DNA from: Ranitomeya imitator
Taxonomy: Eukaryota
Assembly: GCF_032444005.1 (NCBI RefSeq)
Contig: NC_091282.1
Span: 273,420,001-273,484,000, forward strand
DNA length: 64,000 bases
Reading direction: 5' to 3'
Positions 47,845 to 59,900 of this stretch are shown here, one piece after another (within the stretch, counting starts at the first letter, position 1; every line of letters starts with the position of its first letter). Position numbers and translations under genes: made by a program. The notes beneath the pieces are model-generated. The model did not search any database. It saw nothing but the letters and a program-made list of their open reading frames with translations, and was not told the DNA's origin.

Positions 47845-50533
47845 CCCCTTCCCGACCTTTGACGCCACGTAGGCGTCATGAAAGTCGGTGCCAATCCGAC
47901 CCATGACGCCTATGTGGCGTCATGGAAAGATCGCGTCCTTGCAGATCGGGTGAAAGGGTTAACTCCCATTTCACCCGATCTGCAGGCACAGGGGGAGTGG
48001 TAGTTTAGCCCAGGGGGGTGGCATCACCCCCCCGTGGCTACGATCGCTCTGATTGGCTGTTGAAAGTGAAACTGCCAATCAGAGCGATTTGTAATATTTC
48101 ACCTAAAAAACTGGTGAAATATTACAATCCAGCCATGGCCGATGCTGCAATATCATCGGCCATGGCTGGAAACACTGAAAAAGTCAAATGGTGCTCCCTC
48201 ACTTCCGAGCCCCGACGTGCGCCCAAACAGTGGTTTACCCCCACATATGGGGTACCAGCATACTCAGGACAAACTGCGCAACAATTACTGGGGTCCAATT
48301 TCTCCTGTTACCCTTGAGAAAATAAAAAATTGCTTGCTAAAACATCATTTTTGAGGAAAGAAAAATTATTTTTTTATTTTCACGGCTCTGCGTTGTAAAC
48401 GTCTGTGAAGCACTTGGGGGTTCAACGTGCTCACCACATATCTAGATAAGTTCCTTTCGGGGTCTAGTTTCCAAAATGGGGTCACTTGTGGGGGGTTTCT
48501 ACTGTTTAGCCACATCAGGGGCTCTGCAAACGCAACGTGATGCCCACAGAGCATTCCATCAAAGTCTGCATTTCAAAACATCACTACTTCACTTCCGAGC
48601 CCCGGCAAGTGCCCAAACAGTAGTTTACCCCCACATATGGGGTATCACCGTACTCAGGAGAAACTGGACAACAAATATTGGGGTCAAATTTCTCCTGTTA
48701 CCCTTGGGAAAATTAAAAAATTGTGGGCTAAAAAATTATTTTTGAGGAAAGAAAACGTATTTATTATTTTCACGGCTCTGTGTTATAAACTTCTGTGAAG
48801 CACTTGAGGGTTCAAAGTGCTCACCACACATCTAGATTAGTTGGGTCTAGTTTCCAAAATGGGGTCATTTTTGGGGGATCTCCAATGTTTAGGCACACAG
48901 GGGCTCTCCAAACGCGACATGGTGTTCGCTAATGATTGTAGCTAATTTTCCATTTAAAAAGCCAAATGGCGTGCCTTCCCTTCCAAGCCCTGCCGTGCGC
49001 CCAAACAGTGGTTTACCCCCACATATGGGGTATCCGCGTACTCAGGACAAACTGGCAACAACATTTGTGGTCCAATTTCTCCTATTACCCTTGGTAAAAT
49101 AGGAAATTCCAGGCTAAAAAATCATTTTTGAGGAAAGAAAAATTATTTTTTATTTTCATGGCTCTGCGTTATAAACTTCTGTGAAGCACCTGAGGGTTTA
49201 ATGTGCTCAATATGCATCTAGATAAGTTCCTTGGGGGGTCTAGTTTCCAAAATGTGGTCACTTGTGGGGGAGCTACAATGTTTAGGCACACAGGGTCTCT
49301 TCAAACGCGACATGGTGTCCGCTAACAATTGGAGCTAATTTTCCATTCAAAAAGTCAAAAGGCGCGCCTTCCTTTCCGAGCCCTGCCGTGTGCCCAAACA
49401 GTGGTTTACCCCCACATATGAGGTATCGGCGTACTCGGGAGAAATTGACCAACAAATTTTAGGATCTATTTTATCCTATTGCCCATGTAAAAATGAAAAA
49501 ATTGAGGCGAAAAGAAATTTTTTTGTGAAAAAAAAGTACTTTTTCATTTTTACGGATCAATTTGTGAAGCACCTGAGAGATTAAAGTGCTCACTATGCAT
49601 CTAGATAAGTTCCTTGGGACGTCTAGTTTCCAAAATGGGGTCACTTTTGGGTGAGCTCCAATTTTTAGGCACACGGGGGCTCTCCAAAATGGTGTCTGCT
49701 AAAGAGTGCAGCCAATTTTTCATTCAAAAAGTCAAATGGCGCTCCTTCCCTTCCAAGCCCTGCCTTGCGCCCAAACAGTGGTTTACCCCAACATATGAGG
49801 TATCATCGTGCTCAGGACAAATTGGACAACAATTTTGATGGTTCAGTTTCTCCTTTTACCATTGGGAAAATAAAAAAATTGTTGCTAAAAGATCATTTTT
49901 GTGACTAAAAAGTTAAATGTTCATTTTTTCCTTCGATGTTGCTTCTGCTGCTGTGAAGCACCTGAAGGGTTAATACACTTCTTGAATGTGGTTTTGTGCA
50001 CCTTGAGGGGTGCAGTTTTTAGAATGGAGTCAAATTTGGGTATTTTCAGCCATATAGACCCCTCAAACTGACTTCAAATGTGAGGTGGTCCCTAAAAAAA
50101 ATGGTTTTGTAAATTACGTTGTAAAAATGAGAAATCGCTGGTCAAATTTTAACCCTTATAACTTCCTAGCAAAAAAAATTTTGTTTCCAAAATTGTGCTG
50201 ATGTAAAGTAGACGTGTGGCAAATGTTATTTATTAACTATTTTGTGTCACATAACTCTCTGGTTTAACAGAATAAAAATTCAAAATGTGAAAATTGCGAA
50301 ATTTTCAAAATTTTTGCCAAATTTCCGTTTTTATCACAAATAAACGCAGAATTTATTGACCTAAATTTACCACTATCATGAATCCCAATATGTCATGAAA
50401 AAACAATCTCCTAGGATCTATAGCTAGGATCCATTGAAGCGTTCCTGAGTTATTACCCCATAAAGGGACATTGGTCAGAATTGCAAAAAACGGCCAGGTC
50501 ATTAAGGTCAAAATAGGCTGGGTCATGAAGGGA
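47845..50533. mobile_element. Non-autonomous piggyBac-like element with internal tandem repeats of about 390 bp
   Basis: TTAA at 47841-47844 and 50534-50537; CCCCTTCCCGACC / GGTCATGAAGGGA termini; motif ACATATG(G/A)GG recurs at 48243, 48633, 49021, 49414 and 49791. Confidence 0.7.
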
Positions 50534-50586
50534 TTAAATAACAAGTCATGTGTATGTAATAAAATGTTGCATAGATATTATATTTA

Positions 50587-52460
50587 CCGCTTTTTTTGGA
50601 CTATAAGATGCACTTTTTTCGCCCAAAAATTTGAAGGAAAATGGGGGTGTCTTATGGTCTGGATGTACCTGCTATGAATCATGTGGGGGTGGGGGAGCGG
50701 AGGACGATCTGGTCACAGGAGGCTGGAGCCAGCTGCTGTTGCAAACCGCTGGGGTCTGCTGTTTAAGAGAAATTAATATTCACCGTGCCCATAATCCCTC
50801 CCACCGAGAGAAGCCAGCACCGAGATGTGGGAAAGACTATGGGTTTGGGGAGCAGTCAGTATTCATTTCTCTTAAATAGTGGACACAGTGTTAGCTGCAG
50901 TCGCCGGGCGATCACGGGTGGCCGTTTTTAAAGTGAATGAATATTCACTGCTCGCCACACCCATCGGAGTGGAGAGCAGTGACTATTCATTCTCTTTAGT
51001 AGCGGGCAAACATGATCGCCTTGCCGTTGCAGGAAGCCGGCGGCTGCAGTTAAAACTGTTCCCACTATTAAAGAGAAATTAATATTCACTGCTCCACACT
51101 CCCATAGTCCCGAGTGTGGGGAGCAGTGAGTATTCCGGCAGCGCTCCTTGGCTTATAAGCAGCGAATGCCTTGCACATACAAGCATAAATCAGCTGCTGG
51201 CATCATAATAGGACTCCGTGAGGGAGTCCAGGGAAGGTAAGTAGAATGGCTTATTTTTTTGTGTTTTTTTGATGGGGGTCATGCATACCAGGATGGTGGC
51301 CATGTATACCAGGCTATGGATGAGGGAGCCAAGCATAGCAGGATAGAGATAAGGGGGCCATGCATACCAGGATAGGGATGAGGGCACCACATATACCAGG
51401 ATGGAGATGGGGGGACCATGTACACCAGGATGGAGATGAGGACACCATGTGTACCAGGATGGGGATGAGGGAGCCATGTATACCAGGATGGGGATGGTGG
51501 GACCATATATACAAGAATGGGGATGAGAGGGGCATGTATACCAGGATGAGGATGAGGGGGCCATGCATGCCAGAAAGGGGATGAGGAGACCGTTCATACC
51601 AGAATGGTGATGAGGGAACCATGCATACAAGGATGGGGATGAGGGTGCCATGCAAGCCAGAATGGGGTTGAGGGGACCATGCATGCCAGGATGGGGATGA
51701 GGGACCATGCATACCTGGATGGGGATAAGGGAACAATGCATACCAGAATGGAGATGAGGGGACATTGCATAGCAGGATGGGGATGAGGGGTGCATGCATA
51801 TTAGTATGGGGATGAGAGGACCATGCATACCAGGATGCAGATGAGGGGACCATGTATACCAGGATTGGGATGAGGAGACCACGTATACCAAGATGGGGAT
51901 GAGGTAGCCATGTATAATAGGATGAGGATGAGGGGACCATGTATACCAGGATGAGGATGAGGGACCATGTATACCAGGATGAAGATGAGGGACCATGTAT
52001 ACCAGGATGGGGATGAGGGGGCCATGTATTCCTGGATGCAGATGAGAGGGCCATGTATACCAGGATGTGGATGACGTAGCCATGTATCATAGGATGGGGA
52101 TGAGGGGGCCATGTATACCAGGATAAGGATGAGGGACCATTTATACCAGGATGGGGATGAGGAGACCACGTATACCAGGATGCGGATGAGGTAGCCATGC
52201 ATGATAAGATGGGGATGAGGGGGTTATGTATACCAGGATGAGGATGAGGGACCATGCATACCAGAATGAGGATGAGGGACCACATATACCTGGATGGGGA
52301 TGAGGGACCATGTATATCAGGATGGTGATGAGAGGATACGTGAATTGGGGACATATGTATACCAGGATAGGGCATATTAGTACAGAATTGACCACACTTT
52401 TTTGCTTCAATTTTTTTCTGTTTTCTTCCTCTAAAACTTTGGTGTGTCCGAAAAATATGG
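50587..52460. mobile_element. Tc1/mariner-pogo-like non-autonomous element with an internal minisatellite
   Basis: TA|CCGCTTTTTTTGGACTATAAGATGCAC left end and GTGTCCGAAAAATATGG|TA right end (degenerate TIRs, TA flanks). Confidence 0.6.
51280..52375. repeat. About 29-30-bp minisatellite (ATGTATACCAGGATGGGGATGAGGGGACC)
   Basis: Dozens of tandem degenerate copies visible directly. Confidence 0.93.
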
Positions 52461-52948
52461 TAGTTGTATTGCTAAGTCTAAATGACTTGGGGCCATAATG
52501 TCTGAAGTTCACTAACTGAAGGTTTTGCTATATAAAAAATAGCCAGAGCTGAAAATGAAATTTTGTACTAGCGCACTGTACTTCCAGAACCAGAACAATA
52601 GCTGTATTTTGCACATAGTTCCAGTATACATGAATTGAAGCAAGCTTTTGTTGGACATTGTGCTATTGTGCGGTTTTGCTTGTAGCTCTCAAGCGCAGGT
52701 TTGCGATGCTGACTCACATACTTTATTCTTTCTAGGTCAGAACATTGATGTAAGATGGCTTGCTTATACAAGCATCTTATGTCAGATTAGATAGACATCG
52801 ATTTACTGCACGGAAGCAATTGTTCCAAATGATGTTATTACTGTAATGTCAAGAAGTGTTTAGAGACATTTTCTCCACATTTGAACATTTAAGTTTGTCA
52901 CATATCTGTGCAAATGTGATTTATGGTCATTTTCTGTGATTCTTTCAG

Positions 52949-53056
52949 ATTATGCCATGGTGAAGGTGCCTCAGATGTTGAGCTTGCCTCACTACCGCTT
53001 TCCATCTGAAGGGCATTCATACATCTCTGTTCCCGGAGAAGCATTCATGAGCAAAT
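52949..53056 (+). CDS. ADGRD1: ADGRD1 coding exon; phase 1 to 1
   Basis: TCTTTCAG acceptor and T|GTAAGT donor; (D)YAMVKVPQMLSLPHYRFPSEGHSYISVPGEAFMSK versus recalled human [37 protein letters not shown]. Confidence 0.92.
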
Positions 53057-54368
53057 GTAAGTTCAGGTTACCCTGCTATCAGTTTATAAGAATGTCTTCT
53101 ATCTGCTGCTGATAATGGTAGAGAAAAGGATTGCTAAATAATAAATAAGAGTCTGTTTTCAGAAAATGCAATGTACTTGTAAATGGAGTGATGTCCCTTA
53201 ATGAGTCTTTTCGCATGTCAGTCTTTTTTCTTTAGATTGTATTGTAGTCCACAAGTTGACAATTTAATGTTACATCTTCAATGTCAGTGAAGCTGTAGAG
53301 ACCATACTCTCATTACATGGCAGCACCAGTGGCCTTAATTGTACAGATCAATCTTCACGTCATAGATGTTGAAGCCTGTGTCCATGATGAACACAATAAC
53401 GCGTGCTATTAGAGTGCTTCCTGGACATGACAGTATTCTGCTGCTGACATCATGGTCACTGTCTGCATTTCATACTGTACACAGTGGGAATCATGTGTAA
53501 AATACATTTATGAGGGACAATAGGGCTTACAATGTGAACAAATCAAGCAAATATTTCCATTGGGTATAACTCAGAACGTTATTTCTTATCTTCATGTTCA
53601 AGAAACCAGATAAATATATCCATCACAGTAGGGTCAATTTCACCCATCCAAGTGTCGCAAACTATGCATGCACTGTGATTTCCCAATGGACAGCCGTAAT
53701 CAATTGCTATTCTAGTAACTCTTTAAGCCCGCTGGATGCTGTAGCTTGTTTTACATAATCTGCAGCCACATCATAATCTGTAAGGTTGTTTCACACTGTG
53801 CTTTGTCCTACGTTTGTTGGTCCCATCAGAGCTTATATCCGAAAGCCTCGCAAAGAGGGATTTGAACGTATGTGCCAACAGGGCCATTGACTATAGTGGT
53901 GCACCATATCTGTCGTGCATCATTCTCGGTGTATATGCTTATTGGAGGCGGACACTCAGAAACAGTCTACAACGTCTTAGTGCCCACCTCCACTATGCCT
54001 ATACGCCCGAACACGATGCACGACAGAGCACATGGTGACTCCTTCAGCACCATTATAGTCAATAAAGAAATACCAGCTCACCCACGCCCTAGGCGGTTGG
54101 AGGTACGAGATCCATAAGACAAGATGCAATCACATGTGGATGAAAGGAGGGGTTGATCCAGCTTCCAGAAATTTTTGGCAATTTTTCTTTTATTTTATAG
54201 GAGAAGGTGCAAAAAAATATGTACAAAAATCAGTAAAAGGACAGCATGGCAGCAACGCGTTTCCGACGCACATGGTGTTCTTTGTCTTTCATCCACATGT
54301 GATTATAATCAATGGCTCTATCGGCGCAAGCACCCAAATTATTTTAAAATTTTTAGAAATAAGAATTA

Positions 54369-54798
54369 GGCTCGTTTCACACTAGCGTTTACCTGATCTG
54401 CGGCGGGCTGCGGACTTCCTCCGTGAAGCCCCGCCCTCCGCCGCACTTCCGCTGCTAGCTCTGCCTACATCTGCATGCGGCTTGCGTATCTATATTTAAC
54501 ATTAGGTACGCAGGTCGTGCGGCTGTATGCGGATTGTGCCGCATGCGTTGTTTTGATGATGCGGAAAAAAAAAATGCTACAGGCTGCGTCCTACGCTGGT
54601 CGCCGCATCGTCAAAACAACGCATGCGGCACCATCCGCATACAGCTGCGCGACCTGCGTACCTAATGTTAAATATAGGTATGCAGGCCGCATGCAGATGT
54701 AGGCGGAGCTAGCAGCGGAGGTGCAGCGGAGGGCGGGGCTTCACGGAGGAAGTCTGCTGCCTGCCGCAGATCAGGTAAACGCTAGTGTGAAACTAGCC
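54369..54798. mobile_element. Harbinger/Tourist-like MITE forming an almost complete 430-bp palindrome
   Basis: GGCTCGTTTCACACTAGCG / CGCTAGTGTGAAACTAGCC termini; TTA on both flanks; the arms pair nearly to the centre. Confidence 0.85.
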
Positions 54799-55489
54799 TT
54801 AAACAGTTTTCTAATTTTTTTTAGTTATTTGGTACATTTTCAGTAAAATTCATATTATATGTCTAGTAGCATAAACAATTGTCCTACTTTATCTCTCAGT
54901 ACATTATGTGATGATCTGGTACTTCCCAGCAGTGAAAAAGTAATTTCAATAATTTATATCTTCTTGCGCTTTAGCACTTGATATATCTTTTTCAAACCTA
55001 ACCTTTTCTTCATCAGAAGGGCAATGAACTTGTTAAAGGAAAAATTGACTCTTTTTTTTCTCCACTTTTCTTTAAATCATACCATGGCTTGTAGGCCACA
55101 GTAGCTGTGATGTATTTAATCTAAGGTGTCATTATGTTTGCATTTTCTGTTATATGTCCCTGATTAATGAGGGCTCTCTAGCACTTTATGTGAACTTAAA
55201 GCTTGTCATCCCACAATCACAAGACAGCTTCTATGTAAAACAGAATGGATAGATTTGTTAGTGGTGAAATGGGAGAAATGAAGCATAGCTCCTTCATAGT
55301 TGTGCTATTAATTCACATGGTGATGTGGATATAGATGGCAAAAAAAGCATGTTTTTGGCTGATCAAAAACGTGCCCTGTACTTTATCATTTAGCCTGCTT
55401 GCTAATATGTTAACCAAATTAGTAAAAATAGGAATTGACACAGGTTATAAAATTGTATATAACGATCTAGCTTTAAGAGGACCAGTTAA

Positions 55490-55630
55490 AGTGAACCTGT
55501 CACCATGTTTAGCCGATAAGAGATACGGCCACCACCTTTCAGGGCAGATGTACCACATTATAGAATGGATATCAGCCCTAAAAGGTGATGGCGTTATCTC
55601 TTATTGGCCAAACCTGGTGACAGGTTCCCT
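55490..55630. mobile_element. Small Kolobok/T2-like MITE
   Basis: TTAA|AGTGAACCTGTCACCA...TGGTGACAGGTTCCCT|TTAA. Confidence 0.75.
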
Positions 55631-55894
55631 TTAAGTGTTCAAAACATTGAGATTAATACCATGTAAAAATCTCTGACCTCCCCGATTCTGCTGTTTTTTT
55701 TCCATTTTGCATTGCATCTCTCCATTGCAGAGATATGTACATTTGCCTTTTTTGGAGCACAGCATGTGAAATCTCTGCTTACATTTCTTCAGAATTTTAT
55801 TTGGAGGTGTGCGCTTTCATCCCTCCCTCCCTCCTAGATGCTATCAATATCAGTTTGGCAGTTAATTTGACAGTTTACGTTCAGATTTTCAATA

Positions 55895-56048
55895 TTTGGT
55901 CAGTATTTTACATCAGTATTTGTAAGCCAAAACCAGGAGTGGAACAATTAGAGGAAAAGTATAATAGAAACATATGCACCACTTCTGGATTTATCACCCA
56001 CTCCTGGTTTTGGCTTACAGATACTGATGTGAAATGCTGACCAAATAC
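55895..56048. repeat. MITE-derived inverted repeat
   Basis: TTTGGTCAG..CATCAGTATTTGTAAGCCAAAACCAGGAGTGG pairs with CCACTCCTGGTTTTGGCTTACAGATACTGATG..CTGACCAAA. Confidence 0.75.
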
Positions 56049-56925
56049 TGCTAGTGTGAACGTGGTCTAACAGTCTCATATGTTGCTGAACTGTGATTGA
56101 CAGTGCCTGCTGGGTGAGGTGAAAGCACACACCTCCAGAATAGATGCTAAAGAAGCACACAGTTGGACTGCAAAGCACAGATTTCACATAATGCTCTCCA
56201 GAAGGAAGAAATGTGAATACCACTGCAGTGGAAAGACACTGTGCAGAAAAAGATAAGCTCAGGGTTGTTTACAAAGTATTTAATTCAATGTTTTGGAGCA
56301 AGTGACAGGTTTTCTTTAACTCTACGTCTCAAAACAAAGTATAATCTGTAACAAGACCCCCCATCTTCTTATGTGGCAGAAGGGCCTTTATATTCCCTTC
56401 AGTCATCAGATCCATGGTGATACTGCTAATAAGCTCTGTACCTCCTATCTTTATACTAAACCTGAGATATTAAGAATTCCACACATATGAGCTGACAAGA
56501 CACACAACACACGAGAAGAATAGATACTTATAAAGGTGATTGCCTGCTATCATGATTTTTTTTTACCATAAAACATAAAAACAAGCAGTGAGTACTCAGT
56601 GTTCACATGACTCTGACATTATTAAACCAATGCAGTCACAAAACATAGGCATCAAGAACTTCAGGCGCTGTGAACTGTAGCTGTAGGCACACCATGCTGA
56701 ACATGGGTAGCTGGGTTGACCAGCAGAACAAGAGTATTCTATAGTACATAAGTAAGCATAACAGTTATAAGATAAGTACAGTAAGTGCACATATTAAATG
56801 AAGGTTTGAGTCCAGGGCTAATATGAGAAGAGAATGGTATGAAACTATTAATGGTTTTCTTTAGAATGGTTCTTGTGTTTAGGAGTCCAATTGTATTTTG
56901 TTGTTTTGTACTTTTATATTTATAA

Positions 56926-59900
56926 CTAGCTGAAGAGCCCGGCGTTACCTGGGCATAGTAAATATCTGTGGTTAGTTATAGCACCTCACTTCTCTTATTT
57001 TCCCATCACGCCTCTCATTTAGCACCTCACTTCTCTCATTTTCCCATCATGCCTCTCATTTTCCCCCTCACATCTCTCATTTTCTCCCTCACACCTCTCA
57101 TTTTCCCCCTCACTCCTCTTATTTTCCCCCTCACTCCCCTCATTCCCCCCTCACTCCTCTCATTCCCCCCTAACACTTGTCATTTCAACCTCACATCTGT
57201 CATTTTCCGATCACTCCACTATTTTCCCTCACTTCTCTCATTTTGCACTCACACCTTTTCATTTTCACTTCACACCTCTCATTTTCACCTCACACCTCTC
57301 ATTTTCCCCTCGTATATACCTGTATGTCATCTCCCCTGTATATAGTATATACCTGTATGTCATCTCCATTGTAAATAGTATATACCTGCTGTATGTCATC
57401 TCCTCCTGTACATTGTATATACCTATGTGTCAACTCCTCCTGTATAGAGTATATACCTGTATGTCATCTCCATTGTAAATAGTATATACCTGCTGTATGT
57501 CATCTCCTCCTGTACATTGTATATACCTATGTGTCAACTCCTCCTGTATATAGTATATACCTGTATGTCATCTCTTCTGTATATGGTATATACCTGTATG
57601 TCATCTCCTCCTATATATAGTGTATACCTGTATGTCATCTCCTGTATATAGTATATACCTGTATGTTATCTCTCCTGTATATTGCATGTACCTGCTGTAT
57701 GTCATATCCTCCTCTATATACCTACGTGTCATCTCCTCTTTTATATAGTATATAGCTGTATGTCATCTCCTCCTGTATATAGTATATACCTGTATGTCAT
57801 CTCCTCCTGTATATAGTATATACCAGTGTGTCATCTCTTATATATAGTATATACCTGTATGTCATCTCCTCTTATATATAGTATATACCTGTATGTCATC
57901 TCCTCCTGTATATATCTGTGTGTCATCTCCTCTTTTATATAGTATATACCTGTATGTCATCTCCTCTTATATATAGTATATACCTGTATGTCATCTCCTC
58001 CTGTATATAGTATATACCTGTATGTCATCTCCTCCTGTATATAGTATATACCTGTGTGTTATCTCCTTTTATATATAGAATATACTTGTATGTGATCTCC
58101 TTCTGTACATAGTATATACCTGTAAGTCATCTCCTCCTGTATATAGTAGATACCTGTGTATCATCTCCTCCTGTATATAGTATAGACCTGTATGTCATCT
58201 CCTCATATATAGTATATACCTGTATGTCATCTCCTCTTAAATATAGTACTAGCTGAAGAGCCCGGCGTTGCCTCCGCATAGTAAATATCTGTGGTTAGTT
58301 ATAGCACCTCACTTCTCTTATTTTCCCATCACGCCTCTCATTTTCCCCCTCACATCTCTAATTTTCTCCCTTATACCTCTCATTTTCCCCCTCACTCCTC
58401 TTATTTTCCCCCTCACTCCTCTCATTTCCCCCTAACACTTGTCATTTCGACCTCACATCTGTCATTTTCCGATCACTCCACTATTTTACCTCACTCCTCT
58501 CATTTTGCACTCACACCTTTTCATTTTCACCTCACACCCCTCATTTTCACCTCACACCTCTCATTTTCCCCTCAGTATATACATGTTTGTCATCTCCCTT
58601 ATATATAGTGAGTTTTGCGCGTGGCGAGTTTTATGTGTGGTGCGTTTTAAGTATGTGCAAGTTTTGTGTGAGGCAACTTTTGCATGTGTTGCAACTTTTG
58701 TGCATGTGGCAATTTTTCCGCGTGTGGCGAGTTTTCCATGAGGTGAGTTTTGCACGTGTGGCGAGTTTTACGTGAGCCTAGTTTTGCATGTGGCGAGTTT
58801 TGCGCGTGGCGAGTTTTGAGCGGCGACTTTTGTGTTTTGACTTTTATGTGGCGAGGTTGGTGTATATGTGGTGAAATGTGCGCTGAGGGTGGTATATGTG
58901 TTCAAGCACGTGGTAGTCTGTGGCGCATTTTGTGTGTGTGTTCATATCCCCGTGTGTGGTGAGTATCCCATGTCGGGGCCCCACCTTAGCAACTGTACGG
59001 TATATACTCTTCGGCGCCATCGCTCTCATTCTTTAAGTCCCCCTTGTTCACATCTGCCTCTCATTTTCCCCCTCACATCTTTCATTTTCCCCCTCACATC
59101 TCTCATTTTCTCCCTCACACCTCTCATTTTCCCCCTCACTCCTCTTATTTTCCCCCTCACTCCTCTCATTCCCCCCTAACTCCTCTCATTCCCCCCTAAC
59201 ACTTGTCATTTCGACCTCACATCTGTCATTTTCCGATCACTCCACTATTTTCCCTCACTTCTCTCATTTTGCCCTCACACCTTTTCATTTTCACTTCACA
59301 CCTCTCATTTTCACCTCACACCTCTCATTTTCCCCTCGTATATACCTGTATGTCATCTCCCCTGTATATAGTATATACCTGTATGTCATCTCCATTGTAA
59401 ATAGTATATACCTGCTGTATGTCATCTCCTCCTGTACATTGTATATACCTATGTGTCAACTCCTTCTGTATAGAGTATATACCTGTATGTCATCTCCATT
59501 GTAAATAGTATATACCTGCTGTATGTCATCTCCTCCTGTACATTGTATATACCTATGTGTCAACTCCTCCTGTATATAGTATATACCTGTATGTCATCTC
59601 TTCTGTATATAGTATATACCTGTATGTCATCTCCTCCTATATATAGTGTATACCTGTATGTCATCTCCTCTTAAATATAGTACTAGCTGAAGAGCCCGGC
59701 GTTGCCTGGGCATAGTAAATATCTGTGGTTAGTTATAGCACCTCACTTCTCTTATTTTCCCATCACGCCTCTCATTTTCCCCCTCACATCTCTAATTTTC
59801 TCCCTTACACCTCTCATTTTCCCCCTCACTCCTCTTATTTTCCCCCTCACTCCTCTCATTCCCCCCTAACACTTGTCATTTCGACCTCACATCTGTCATT

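Noticed and set aside
51190-52512. Long ORFs of 297 and 353 aa rich in H/P/G/W
   Set aside because: Translations of the 29-30-bp minisatellite, which lacks stops in some frames.
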